This document shows positions 12,595-32,494 of a stretch of DNA of 64,000 nucleotides, piece after piece. Origin of the DNA: Psammoneis japonica (Eukaryota). Under the pieces are notes generated by a model. It was not told the origin of the DNA and did not search any database. It saw only the letters and a program-made list of their open reading frames with translations. How positions within the stretch are numbered: the first letter of the stretch is position 1; each line of letters opens with the position of its first letter. The DNA is taken from positions 1 to 64,000 of the forward strand of contig QPGO01000115.1 of assembly GCA_008632985.1 (NCBI GenBank). Direction: 5' to 3'. A program made the translations under genes and the position numbers.

Positions 12595-14906
12595 ACAAGA
12601 TGACAAAACAAAGGTCATGTGATTGTTTAACGTCAATGACCTCCAAACAGAAAAATGGCTAATCGACTGGCCAGGAGTCGATCATTTTCCAACCAAAAAA
12701 TGACCCAGGCAATTCAAAAATTGGAGTCTTTTGTGTCAATGTGCAAAGTGATTTGCATGAAGTCCCGAAGCCTTCGAAAGTCACTGCACTCTGTTTCACA
12801 CACAAAGACCGCTTGCAAATTTGGTCTTTTTGAAAGTGGTCAACCCCAAACCCGCCCCAACTTTGTCTCACCCGTCTGTCTCCGGTCAGGGTCAGGGCAG
12901 GGGGGAGACACAGATGGATTTGTCAACTCATGTCCGACACCCCAGATGATGCTGACAAAAGAGAAAAAGAGGCCAACCCCAAAGCCAAGAAAGAGAACAC
13001 ACCACACCCAAGAATCATGAGATGGCTCCTGAAGAGGGTGGAGCTGTTGGGGAGGATGACAGTGCCTCTGGGGAAAGAGAGCAGTCGGAGGACAAGGGAG
13101 ACTCTGAGGGAGTCACTGTCCTGTCACAGGTCAATCCCGATTTGTCACCCAATGTCTTCAACTCGGATGCAGAACAACTCATTTGTGAGGTGTGCGGTGA
13201 GACATGCAATCCAAATGATGGCACTCATTTGAATGGTGGCACATTGGATGACCAAATTTGGCAAGAGTGTTGGCGCCGGCTGACACCTCACCCAACAGAA
13301 TGACGCGACGTTCCGAATGGCTCCGCAGGGAAGCACTTCATTGCAACATTGGCTGAGTTGCTCCGTGGAGTCAAGACATGGAAATGGAACTCAGAGAGAT
13401 TTGCAGTGTTCCAGATTGTCATTTTGCAGCGGGGGCACAATGCAAAAGGCGCAAAGGACATTGGGGCTCCACTCGCACAGTGCATGGATGATTGGGACAC
13501 AGACAAACACAAAATGCTGGTTGAATCTGCCAAGCGGCTGCTTGCAAGCAATCTCAAATCCACTCTGAAGGACGAGACACACCCGAGCAGCACACCAAAA
13601 CATTTGACAGAATGGCGCCACGAGGAAACCCAAGAGATGCAGTCAGGTGCATCACAGAGAGGGAAAAGGGCGGAGCCCTGTCCCTGGATGACATCGATGA
13701 CAAGACCAATGACGCAGCATTGGAGGTCCTGCAAAAGAAACATCCAAAGTCAAGGGTTCCAGAATGAGACCAATTTCCTGTGCACAGCAAACTGCCTGAG
13801 CTCCAGGATGTCACAAACGCCAACAGTGTTGTTGATGCAGTGTCAGAGAATGGCATCTCCATCATGAAAAAACCAGTTGATTGCTTTGAGAAGCCCATCA
13901 GGCTCTCATGGCAAAGAGGCTCACAGCGCCAGACAAAAATCCAGGCATCCATCCGGTTGGTGTGGGAGAGGTGTGGCAGTGAGCCACATGGCCAAAGCCG
14001 CTCTCCTTGTCTTGGGAGCAGAAGCCAAAGATGCTTGTGGCACTGACCAGCTTTGCGCGAGTTTGGAAGCCTGCACCAAAGGCGCCACTCACACAGCGTG
14101 TCTGCTCTGGGAACAACATGAGTTTGAGGATGACCCGCGGGTTTCTTTTTGTTGATGCATGCAATGGCTTCAACAAAAAGAACAGGGTGATCATGCCAGC
14201 TGTTTGTGGTGACCTTGGAATGCTCACGCTCCTCCACAGCAAGGATGGTGTCATGCAGGGCAACCCACTGGGCATGGCGACATGCAAGTTGGGCCTTCTC
14301 CCACAAATCCACAAGATGAGCAAGCATTTTCCAGATGCACTCACTCCTTGGTGTGGGAAATTTCAAGTTCTGCGCGATTGTTTTCCAGCTCCAGCCCACA
14401 AGCCAAAGGACCCAAGCGCAGCTGTTGCCCTGCCAACAACTCCAAAAACATTCTTGTTGTTCAACAGCACAGCCTGGAGAATGCCAAGAACTGCTTTGGG
14501 GACCTCAGCTTCACCATCAAAAGTGGCCGCCACTGCCCAGGAAGCTTCGTGGGCAAGAGAGAGGGCTCTCAACAATTTGATGGTGGACAAGACCAAGAAG
14601 TGGACCTGGGTTGTCCAGGGACTTGCCAAGACAGCAATTTGCCACCCACAGACAGCCTGTGCTGGCCTGCAGAAGTCTCCACAGCACAAGTGGCAGTGTG
14701 TTCAATGTGCAGCCAAGGACTGCAGCGACTCTTTTGCCAACGTGGAAGAAGCAATTAAATGCCAACCCCTGTTGGCACTTCCAGGCAAGACCCTGAAGGA
14801 TGATGACCCAAGGCTGCCAGCCCTTGCCTCACTGCCAATCAAATTTGCAGGACCATCTGTCCAACATCTGCTGGAGTCTGCAAACCAGGACTTTGAAGTG
14901 AGGGCT

Positions 14907-15302
14907 GACGCGTTCCAGCCCTAGGTGGGAGCTCGTAGTGCTGACGTGTGACAACAATAATTTTTATCATCCGTCGTATGTTTCGTACGTAGATTTCTAC
15001 GTGTGACATTTAAAAAAAATTGTCCAGACTCGCTGTTTTGCGAAGCCCCAGACGTTTTATATAACAAATTTATAGAAACAATAATGCGCCAGTTACATTC
15101 TTCAATGTCTGAAGAATGTAACTGGCTAAGTAAAAAATGATGTACTTCAATCATGTGCGAGTTTGTGCGTTCGCAAAATTGCCTCATTTTCTGTTGGCGA
15201 TCATTGACATTTTAATTACCGTATAATTTTACTACGGAGCTCGCACGTAGAAGTCTACGGGCCCAATGTCACACGGATTCCCACCTACGTCTGGAACGCG
15301 TC
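14907..15302. mobile_element. 396-bp MITE, intact (TA-containing) copy
   Basis: TIRs GACGCGTTCCAG..TAGGTGGGA / TCCCACCTA..CTGGAACGCGTC; 4-bp TSD GGCT (14903-14906, 15303-15306). Confidence 0.9.
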
Positions 15303-15685
15303 GGCTCTCATGTGCTCTCAGGTGATTGACTCACTCCGCGGTCACTTGAAATTTGCCACAGTGGTTCACAAGGACATGATTCATGAAGTGAGACCCGCAG
15401 CAGCCAAAAGGAAAGCCACAAAGCACAAGGAGACCCCAAAATCAATCCTCTGTGCACTCCCTGACATTGAAGCCACGCAGTGTGGTGCAGCACCAAGACT
15501 GGTGCTTGGTTGTCAGTGTGCCCTTTGGCACTGAATGAGAGCTCCCTGACTTGCCCAAGGCTTGCAATGGACGCAACTGTGAGTTCTTCATTCAACATGC
15601 TCTTCAGTGCAAGAAGGGTGGATTGGCCATCAAGATCCATGACAAGACAGGACTTTTTTGCACTTTGGCTCTCAAGCCAATTGCA

Positions 15686-16081
15686 GATGCGCTCCAGACG
15701 CAGGTGGGAATCCGCGCGACATTGGGCCCGTGGACTTCTACGTGCGAGCTCCGCAGCAAAATTGTGCGGCAATTAAAGTGTCAATGATCGCCAACAGAAA
15801 ATGAGGCAATTTTGCAAACGCACAAACTCGCACATGATTGAAGTGCATCATTTTTTACTTGGCCAGTTGCGTTCTTCAGACATTGAAGAATGCAACTGGC
15901 GCATTGTTGTTTCTACAAATTTGTCATGTGAAACGTCTGGGGCTTCGCAAAACAGCGAGTCTGGACAATTTTTTTTAAATGTCACACGCAGAAATCTGCA
16001 CACGAAACATGCGACGGATGACAAAAATTGTTGTTGTCACACGTCAGTGCTGCGAGCTCCCACCTGGGGCTGGAACGCATC
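15686..16081. mobile_element. 396-bp MITE, TA-converted copy in the opposite orientation
   Basis: Colinear with the reverse complement of 14907-15302; 4-bp TSD TGCA (15682-15685, 16082-16085). Confidence 0.9.
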
Positions 16082-17150
16082 TGCAGTGCACAATGAACCA
16101 CTCATCAACCCCACTTGTCACACCTCCAGAGAAGCCCAAGCACCAACAACAGTCAGCCTGACAGCCCATCAAGCCCCGTCACAACCGCCAACAAGCCCAG
16201 GGATGGCAGTCAAGGAGATCCATCAGCTCAAGGAGCTTTTGAACGCGGCACAGACCTGACCATGGGGGCATCAGAGCAGCCAACACTGACACAGCATCTC
16301 GCCCATCCAAGACCCCAGAACAAGTCCTGCAGGGCCACAAAAAGGAGAAAAAGCACAAGCGCCCAAGGCCCTGCCTTGAGCTGTGCCACCATTTTTCATC
16401 CACAGTGGTGTCATGCAATGGTTTGATTGGCAAAAAAACCAAAGCGGTCCTGCATCTTTGGCCAGAAAGATTTCAAGCAAGTGGCAGAGGCTGTGTTCCA
16501 AAGTTTGTGGCTTTGTGGGTGCAAGACTTGGTGTTGCAATTGCAAGGGCTGCTCATCTTGTGCCTTGGAGGCTCAGATGACCCACCTCAGATTGTGCTCA
16601 CAACAATGCCAGGCCAGGTGGAAGAGGACGAAATGTGAGATGAGTGTCCCGGCAAAAGTTGCGGCTCAAATTCTGTGTGCAGATTTTGCCAAAAATCACA
16701 CACAAAATTCCCTGTTTTCACGTCCACAATTGCACAAAAAAAACTTTTCCAAAAAAAACACACACACACACATTGAAGGTCATTGTTTCAATTGTCTGCA
16801 GCACAAACCCTGTTTTCCCATTTTGTGTTGACCTCTTTTCTTCATCCACTTGCATGCCCACAAGGACATTTGCAGCGGCAGAGCAGTCTGTCTGTGTGAA
16901 GGTTTCCCCACTGCACTCACACTTGGTGTTTTCATCTGCCCCTGCCACCTCCAGCACATGTCCAGCCAACCCCACTCCACCTGGATTGGGCTGGAGGTGG
17001 CAGGTGGCAATGCAGGGGCAGAAAAACACACAAAACATTTGCAGAAACCTTTGCAACAGATGGGCTGCCACCGAGGCTCTCCTTCTTGCTTGTGCCACCC
17101 ACAAGTGCCGACACCCACCAGGGTTCGGTTTTCAGTTTTCACACGATCTG

Positions 17151-17151
<1 letters not shown>

Positions 17152-17181
<30 letters not shown>

Positions 17182-17419
17182 NNNNNNNNNNNNNNNNNNN
17201 NNNNNNNNNNNNNNNNNNNNNNNNNNNNNNNNNNNNNNNNNNNNNNNNNNNNNNNNNNNNNNNNNNNNNNNNNNNNNNNNNNNNNNNNNNNNNNNNNNNN
17301 NNNNNNNNNNNNNNNNNNNNNNNNNNNNNNNNNNNNNNNNNNNNNNNNNNNNNNNNNNNNNNNNNNNNNNNNNNNNNNNNNNNNNNNNNNNNNNNTGTGT
17401 GTGTGTGTGTGTGTGTGTG

Positions 17420-17422
<3 letters not shown>
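17152..17422. repeat. (TG)n microsatellite spanning an assembly gap (N 17182-17395)
   Basis: Directly visible. Confidence 0.95.
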
Positions 17423-24489
<7,067 letters not shown>

Positions 24490-24812
24490 ATGTCCGAGCA
24501 CGTATCGTGCGTGTCTTATCTGGCTATTCGCCACCAACGCTGCTGGGGGGTGCGTCCCACTATATAGTTAGGAGGCGGTAGTTGGTGGTGTCAGCGCTTA
24601 TCCAGCAAATTTCTCGCTCAATGATCTTTCCGCGATCAATAAGTCATTTCTATGACTTATCCCTTTTGTAATAAAATAAGTCTTTGAAATGACTTACTGT
24701 AGTGTCAATTAAAGGTGTCTGGGTTCGGTTTCTGATCTCGAGCAACAACAATAACAACTGCTGCTAGCTAAGGGCCATACCTTATCAACCATCTATTGGA
24801 GCCAGTGGGCAC
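24490..24812 (+). repeat. LTR-like segment plus PBS-like motif, homologous to 17420-17710 but TA-containing
   Basis: gatcaataagtcatttctatgacttatcccttttgtaat versus gatcaacaagtcatttctgtgacttgtcccttttgcaat; tcaaccatctattggagcc versus tcaaccatccattggcgcc. Confidence 0.7.
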
Positions 24813-24955
24813 GATCAATCGAAAAAAATTGCGTCCAAAGTCCAAACGTCCAAACTCCAAACATTACTGTTCATCAAACGAACGTTCAAAAGCGTTAAGG
24901 TGTGCCATTCTTTTTCCCACGTGTTTGTTCTGCCTCTTTTAAAAACAACAACATA

Positions 24956-26881
24956 ATGAAGTTCGGGCCAAGTTTTCATCTAGTAGCAGTGTTGACGGCT
25001 TTCTTTTGGTCTTCAGGCGCGCATCCAAACCATGGAGAGCCAGTATTGCGAACGAGAACCCATCACATAGCTTTGGCTCATCAGGGCATTGACGATTTAT
25101 TTCCTCGAGTTTACACAACAGAAGTCCCATTGACTTTGTACTCAAATGCCACGTATGTTGTTGGGAGCTTGGATATCCTGAAAATTAGGCAGATCCGAGA
25201 ACAACTCCTGATTACGTTTCTCGTTCACAGCCATAAGGAGCTGAATCGTACCGTCAATCTTCTGAACAATGCCCCCCAACCAATTCGATATGATTTCGAC
25301 GAAGAAGCTACTCGGAACATTCACACTAAAAGAAGACATGGAAGCTTGCAGCAGCCACGAGCAATGGCTGAAAACAGAGGTGTTCAAGAAACATACTCAA
25401 CCATCAATGGCTTCCCGTGTTACCGCGATGTCGCAGGAATGGAGCAGTTCATCATTGATATGGTGGATAAAGCGCAATCGATACCCAACTTGCTTGTAAC
25501 GCTTGCTGATATTGGTGACTCGTATCAGAAAACGCAGAACGAAAGCAACGGGTACGATATTTTTGCTCTAAACATTACTGGGAATGGCGTTCAAGCACGT
25601 GGCGCGACCACCGAGAAAGGCGTCATGCTGGTATTGGCTGGCTTACATCCGAGAGAATATGCTCCACCTGAAGTAGGGGCTCGATTTGCCGAGCTGCTTA
25701 TCTATGAGTATGGCAATGATGCAGATGTAACGGCTCTTCTCGACCACACTGAAGTCCATTTGGTGCTTCAGTCCAATCCAGACGCAAGATTTGTCGCGGA
25801 AACGTCGCCATTTTTGTGGCGCCGCAAAAACATGAATGGCGATGCATATCTTTGTGGCGAAGCTAACTTTGGTGTAGATCTTAATCGAAACTTCCCATTC
25901 ATGTGGGGCCTCGATATTGGTTCATCATCCTACCCCTGTTCTGGGATATACAGAGGAGTCTCACCGGCATCAGAACCAGAGGTGAAAGCAATTGTTGACT
26001 ACGCTTCCGAAATATTTCCTTTGGAGCAGCGCAAGTCTGATCCAGTGGGACAAATCAATGAAGCCTATTCAGAGACTATAAAGGGGATCTTTGTTGACAT
26101 TCATTCCGCCGGCGAGTACGTTGTCTGGCCGTGGGCTCACAGAAACCGACGGACAAGCAATCATCGCGACTTGATAAGCGTTGTCGACAAACAGCTCTAT
26201 TTCAATAAACATGAATTCTCAGGACCATCTGTAAACTTCCAGTTCATTGCTTCCGGTGCCTCAGACGATTGGGCTTATGGTGCATTAGGAACCGCGGCTT
26301 TTACCTTTGAAGTTGGAACAAAATTCTATGAAGACTGTGACTACTTTGAAGCCTCAGTACTACCCGGTAACCTCCTCTCATTGCTTTATTCTGCAAAAAT
26401 TTCCAAGGCACCGTATCTTCTTTCCAAGGGTCCCGACGTGACGAAAGTAACCATCGTGCCGCAAGTCGTCGACACATCAATCGACTCAACTTTAACAGTC
26501 ACGGCGATTGTTAGTGACAGCGCCTATTCAACGGCAGGCTTGAGGTCCTCGAGACAGACGATTTCGTATGTGCAACTATTCATAGACAGACACCCGTATG
26601 ACCTTGTTGACGGCAATCCTATTGCTGGACTCGAAATGAGCTGCGAATGTGACAAGGGGACCGAGACTGCATCGTGGTCACTTTCAATGGCCAGACTTGC
26701 AAAAGAGCTCTCTTTCGTGTCACCTGGGCGGCATATGTTGTCCATTCAAGGGACAGACAGCAAGGGCTACACAGGTCCCGTCACCTCCGCCTTTTTTGAG
26801 ATTACTGAATCTGTTCCTAGCTTGGTGCCAACTGACGGTCCTTCCATGCCTGCTGCCACCATGCCTGGAGGTTCACCATAA
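24956..26881 (+). CDS. M14 carboxypeptidase paralog 2, C-terminally truncated duplicate of paralog 3
   Basis: HPRE, GVDLNRNF, DIHSAG and TFEVG motifs; TAA replaces TCG of paralog 3, and nucleotide homology continues to about 27006. Confidence 0.85.
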   Translation: MKFGPSFHLVAVLTAFFWSSGAHPNHGEPVLRTRTHHIALAHQGIDDLFPRVYTTEVPLTLYSNATYVVGSLDILKIRQIREQLLITFLVHSHKELNRTVNLLNNAPQPIRYDFDEEATRNIHTKRRHGSLQQPRAMAENRGVQETYSTINGFPCYRDVAGMEQFIIDMVDKAQSIPNLLVTLADIGDSYQKTQNESNGYDIFALNITGNGVQARGATTEKGVMLVLAGLHPREYAPPEVGARFAELLIYEYGNDADVTALLDHTEVHLVLQSNPDARFVAETSPFLWRRKNMNGDAYLCGEANFGVDLNRNFPFMWGLDIGSSSYPCSGIYRGVSPASEPEVKAIVDYASEIFPLEQRKSDPVGQINEAYSETIKGIFVDIHSAGEYVVWPWAHRNRRTSNHRDLISVVDKQLYFNKHEFSGPSVNFQFIASGASDDWAYGALGTAAFTFEVGTKFYEDCDYFEASVLPGNLLSLLYSAKISKAPYLLSKGPDVTKVTIVPQVVDTSIDSTLTVTAIVSDSAYSTAGLRSSRQTISYVQLFIDRHPYDLVDGNPIAGLEMSCECDKGTETASWSLSMARLAKELSFVSPGRHMLSIQGTDSKGYTGPVTSAFFEITESVPSLVPTDGPSMPAATMPGGSP

Positions 26882-29800
26882 AGCTTTCCTTATAAACTCT
26901 AACTTCAGTTTCCTCATCGACCTTTCCCTCCGTTGCCACATCCAGCTTGTCACCAACTGACCGGCCTTCCATGACTACGAACATACCCGGTGATTCACCA
27001 TCGAGCTAGCATGGAACAAAACATTGTAAAATGTGATGTTGCAACAAGAAATGAGAAGAGCCCCAATTTGACACAGGAATGAAGCACACAAATGACAACA
27101 GTTTTCAATCCCTTTGAATTCATCTGGAAATGCTGGCTCATGGTGTTGTTGGGTGCTGGTGTCATGCTGCTGTTTGCACATCAACATGAAGGACAGCAGA
27201 TCAATTTTGCTGACAGCACCATTGTTTTGTCAACAGTTGATGTTTTGCCACACACAATGTGAAGATGTTTTGAGAACAAGTGCTCTTCACGACAGAAATT
27301 TTTTCATGCAGATTCTAGACTTGCTTTGGGATGTTTGTTTGCAACATTTTTGAACAGATGCACGCAGACATTGAGGGGGTCGTCATCCCCACATTCATCC
27401 TGGAATTGCCATGGCATGGATTTGAACAAGGTCATTTGCAGTCTTTGCTTTTGAGTGCAAAAATTGTTCATCATGACCCATTCACACACGAAAACAAGAG
27501 ATCAGGCACCGCGATCAAAGCACGATGATGATGGCAATCTTGACATGAGTCCAAAATGCAAAATGGTGCATCCTCCTTAAACATTTGGTGTGTGTGTGAC
27601 CTTTGATGCACAACAAACACAAAACACATGAGAGTTGGAAGAAGACAGACCACCTCCTTCACAGACTTGTGGCTTGATGTTTTGCCAAGGTAAGGCATGG
27701 TGAAATTCAGGGAAAATTGTACAAATCACAAGCTGCTCAGCCAAACTCAAGCTAAAAAAGGGGCAAATGACCCCCCTTGAGACAAACACAAGAAATTTTA
27801 AGGATGTGTGAAAGCATGAGAGACTCCATCCAACAAATTTGCATTCCCTGCAGAGCTTGCAGATTGTGCGCCAGCAAAAATTCACCACCTCTCAACTCAC
27901 TCAGTGGTGTTTCTGCATGTCTTCTGCTTGCACTTCACATGTGCACACATGCCTGCACAGTCTGGCACCCGTGCACTGCATGCGCGAGATTGTTCAAGAA
28001 CGAGTGCAAGCATGCATGCCATTCGTTAAATTTTTTAAGCACAAACACCTGTTTCTCATTTCATGCAGGCCTCTTTTCTTCCTTCCCAGTGGGAAGAAGT
28101 CTCGGAAAGTGGAGGAGCATGGAAAAAGATGGTGGTCAAATTCTGTTGACACAGGGGCACCCACCAAAAAAGCTTTGGGTCATTGCATTGTGGTGGGGGC
28201 ACAACATGGCAAAAACACACAGATGTTTGCTCTGCAACAAAGTGGGCATTGTGCCGCCTTCAGGTCTCCCCATTTAGAGAGGGGGCGAACATTCATGTGA
28301 CCCAGATTTGCACCATGGGCTCATCAGGAGGAACCGCCATTGTCTGGTGCTTGCTTTGAAAAAAAGCAAATGTGGGTGCATTGGTGTGTGAACAAAATTT
28401 GCAATCTCCTCCCCATCTGGCACACACATGTGCACATTGTGCAAGACTCATCTGTTGCCAAACACATCAATTTGAAATGCCTGGTGCCACTCAGTTGCTG
28501 CAGCACCTCCAGCTGCAACCCACAATGATTGTGGTTGCAACTCCACCATTGGCTTTTGCTGCCAAGTTGTGGCAGTGGTTGCAACTCTGCTGTTGGCTTT
28601 TGCTGCCAAGTTGTGCTGACAGTGCAGCAATGGTTTGGCACTTTGTGTTGCTGCATTGCATCGCAGCTGGCAGCACGCTGACAAAGGCAGTCATCTCACT
28701 GGCTCTGAAGACAAATTTTGGTGGAGGGCACAAATGAACAGGTGGGGAGCAATTGTGGATGACAATGCAAACATGGAAGAACATGTTTTCAACAATGCCA
28801 AAAATCAGAGAAAAGGATGGGAATGGATGTGATGGGAGCAGACATGACAGGAATGAATCTGCGTGGGGACAACAACCACTGGAGCCCATGGTGCATGCTC
28901 AGCTGATCATTTGCAAGCTAGAGACATTCACTGCAAGGCTCAAGACAGAGAATGCTGAAAGCAAAGAAGCCATGCACTTGACCCTCTGGAGCGGGAGACT
29001 GGTGCATGCACCAATGAGCATGCACTTGTGCCTCTTGCAGTTTGTGTTGCTGACAACATGATTGCCAATGTGAGAAATCCAGTTGCAAAGACACCTCTCA
29101 AGCTGCACTGGAACCATCAAGAAAGGTCAGACAGCATTGAAGCATCTGTTGTTGAAAACTCCCACAAAAACAAAGGAGAATGACTGTGGCTGCAGGACAT
29201 TCAAGGACTTGTTCAACTGGCTGGTTCCTTGTTGATGATGGGCTTTTCTCTCACAGATGCAGATTGTGGTTCAGCACAGTTGCACAACATGAGGACCATT
29301 CACCTTGCATGCAATCAACATGCTTGAGAAGCTTGGCAAAGTCACAGCAATGATGTGCCAGGAAGAGTGCATCCAACAGAAACTTCTAGACTGGAGAAAC
29401 AAGAGTGCAAAAACAAGAGAAGCTGATTGCAATGACAGAAGGATTGAATGACTGGCAGAATCTTTGGTTGCCATGGCTCAAGAACAAGGGAAAAGAGCCC
29501 CTGAGCTGCGCGCACTGATTGCAAGAATTTCCCTGTAAAGTTCCTGGATTCCTTTCAAGAGACAACTGGAGCCCCAAAGGGGAGCTGGCTGAAGCATGGC
29601 ACAGATGCATTGTTGTGTAGACAAAGGGATTTCAGTTGATTGATGACCCCAGAGCTTGAGGTCAAGGAGCTGAACAAAGAGCACCAGCCCTGCTGTGTTG
29701 CACTTGAGACAATTGAAGATGCTGTGGGTTTCACAGTCAGTGACTGCAACATGTGGTCATTGTGGGGCACAAAGATGATCATGCCACTTGAGGGGGGGGG

Positions 29801-30849
29801 GGAACAGCATCCATCCCCAACATGACTTGTTGACATGGCTCCAAGGAGATGATGCAGCAATGTTGCAGTGAAGAAAAAGAAAAGGAAAAGGAAGAGTTCA
29901 AGCAAAGCAGATGTTGAAGGTCCCTTCAAGTTGAGTCACCCAGAGCACAAAGGCTCAATTTCTTAACCTTGGAGTCAAGTGGATGGACAGATGCAAAATG
30001 CCAGAACTGCTCTGCTCCATGGGCCATGATGCCCCTGTCACATGTGCTCTCTTTGGAGAGAGGCAAATGGCCATCTTGACAACCATGGCTGGGAGTGGCC
30101 AAAGACCCACCATCTGGCCAAGAAGTGAGAAGCAGATGCCAAACTGGGCAGCAGCAAATGCTGCAATTGCCATGGAGAGCATTCAGGGGCAGTTGCAAGA
30201 TGCTTGGCTGGACAGCATTCATGGAAGTTGTGCGGGCTTTGACGTCTGGCAGCAAAATGTTGATCTCTGCTGTGGATCTCATGCAAAAGGCACTCTTGTC
30301 TGTGACATCATTGGTTGTCTGCTGCAACACATTGCAGGTGACAATGTTGCTTTGCTGGAAACAAAAGACAAAGTTGTGGCCATGTCACTTGTGCTTTCAA
30401 ACTTTCTGAAAAAGCAGTGCAAGAACCATGTCCACCAGAATGATGGAGGGAAATCTTGAGTCCTGCAGCAATGCTGTCTTTGTCAATGAGCAAACAATCA
30501 GCTGGTCAAATGACTCATTTCTAAGAAGTTTTGCTCAAGTGTGACCAATGATGGCTGCCCCTCCTGATGGGCACATGAGGTGAATCTGGGTTGTGCAATT
30601 GTTCCTCTCTCCAAATGGGACCCAAAAAGGTGTCACAACATCCACTTTGTGGGAAAACATCCATGTTTTTGTCATTTGCATCTCTCTGGATGGAAAGTTG
30701 CATGGTGCCCCCATGCATCCTGTGTCATGCATTTGCCCTTTTTGTCATTCAAATTTTGACTGTGTGACAAAAACTTAAAAAAAATCAGTTTCAGCACAGA
30801 TGAAAAAAAGCATCTGAATGCAATGAAGCAGTGCTGCTGAGATGCCACA

Positions 30850-31780
30850 AGCATGTTGCAGCATTTTATGATCATGAGCCTGATGATGAACTCTGTGTTG
30901 CTCCCAGAATGCCTGGACAGCTTCAGTCAAGCTGTTTCAACAGCTTGAGATGGTTTGATCTGCTGCAGACACAAGCACCGTCCATCATCACTTGGCCCAA
31001 ATCTTTGTGATGGCAGAGGATGGACAATTTGGCATGCAAAATTGAGCATGACATCACAAGAGTCCTGCACCATGCCACCATGGCTCTGTGACTTTAATTT
31101 TCCATCATCTTTTCTAGATTGGGTGAAAAAGGTGTTTTTGCAGCACAAAAAACTCCATTGTCAACCTGAACCAGAGAAAAGCATCCACATGGTCTGTTGT
31201 CACAGGATGCGCAGACGAGCTTTTTGTTGATTTTTGGTGCACGACTTGGCCTTGAATCCAGTTGAAGCCAACACAAAAATTGTTCTCCTGCACACAGTTT
31301 GCAGCACAAATTCCACAGGGAAAAACCCGGGCGTGGACACTTTTTTACACTCCTGCCTGGCCTGTCTGGACAGAAAAGGGCTCAAGGCTGGATTGACCAG
31401 ATGCAGTCTGTTGTTGCACAAACTTGCATTTTTTGGAGAAAAACCCAGATTTGTCATGCTGGATGCACGCGCTTGCCAACAAAATGTTTTCAGGAGTGAC
31501 AGGCCAAACTGCCGGTGCGTCATTTGATCTCCCAAAGATGTTGAAAATGCTCCTTGTCTTGAGTTGTCTGAAACCTGCAATGCCTTGCCATTGTGAGAAT
31601 GTAGGAGGATTCCCAGCAGAAGGGCAAACGGTCTCAAAGAAGTCGTCAAATTGTGCGTGAAATTGCGGCGATGCAAGTCCAGTCTGCAAATTCAAAACCA
31701 AGGTGACTGAACCTGCGTGTCTTGTTGATGGTCCCAAATTGATCCCTAAACTCGATGGTTGTGACCATGCATGATGTTTG
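30850..31780 (-). mobile_element. Copia (diatom CoDi-like) pol fragment
   Basis: GINLGPSTRHAGSVTLVLNLQTGLASPQFHAQFDDFFETV (post-integrase motif) and DGKLKSQSHGG (degenerate KARLxxHGG). Confidence 0.75.
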
Positions 31781-32494
31781 GCTTGACAACCACCACAGAT
31801 GTGTCTGCAGCCAGTCAAGTGCCAATTGTTGGCATTTCCTGGAATGCTGTGGCTTGTCTTTCCTGAGCAGTGCGATTTTGGCAAAAAATGGTGGTTGTTC
31901 AAGTGCAACAACTGCACTGAATCCAACAATTGGCATTTGAAGGTTGAAATGTGCAGTTCACACAAAGGTCTGATGACCCTGATGGGGGCTGGACACACTC
32001 ACAAGTGTTTGGGGGTGCTCAGAGGCATCGCAAAACAACACAAGTGAAGCACAAGAAAATTGCAAAATGACAAGCTGGTTGAAGAAAAAATGCCTCATCT
32101 GGTTGATCCATGCATTCACTCCAGCAATCTTGGATGCCTGACAACATCAATGGAGAAATGCCACATGTGTCAGAATTGCTCTTGAAGTGGGAACAGACAT
32201 GCCTTTTTTGGCTGTTCGAGACATGTCGCAAAATCTGACACTGCAGTGCACCGCCAAAGCACCATCTGTGCCTGCACATGCCACCCCCCCCCCTCCAAGT
32301 CTTCCCATGGAATTTGCCAGTGGCCAAGAGAGCTTGAGCACAATTCAAGGTCATCACCCATGCCCATGCAACCAATTTAGAAAAACACCAGAAAAGAACA
32401 TGATGGGCACAGACAAAGGAGAGGTCAGGCACCATGGCAAGGGAAGCATCACAGGAGGAGACAAGTTTGCATTGGGAGAGATTAAAAAAATTGG

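Larger units (their letters stand above)
12930..16640 (+). mobile_element. CRE/SLACS-like non-LTR retrotransposon (RT plus restriction-like endonuclease), degenerate, interrupted by two MITEs
   Basis: EAKDACGTDQLCA.LEA, VDACNGFN, SKDGVMQGNPLGM, HPQTACAGLQKS, GAWLSV.P, HALQCKKGGL...HD and FERGTD, spread over shifting frames. Confidence 0.8.

Noticed and set aside
8380..12600. Target-site duplication for the first Gypsy element
   Set aside because: Flanks (caaca / acaag) do not give a clean match
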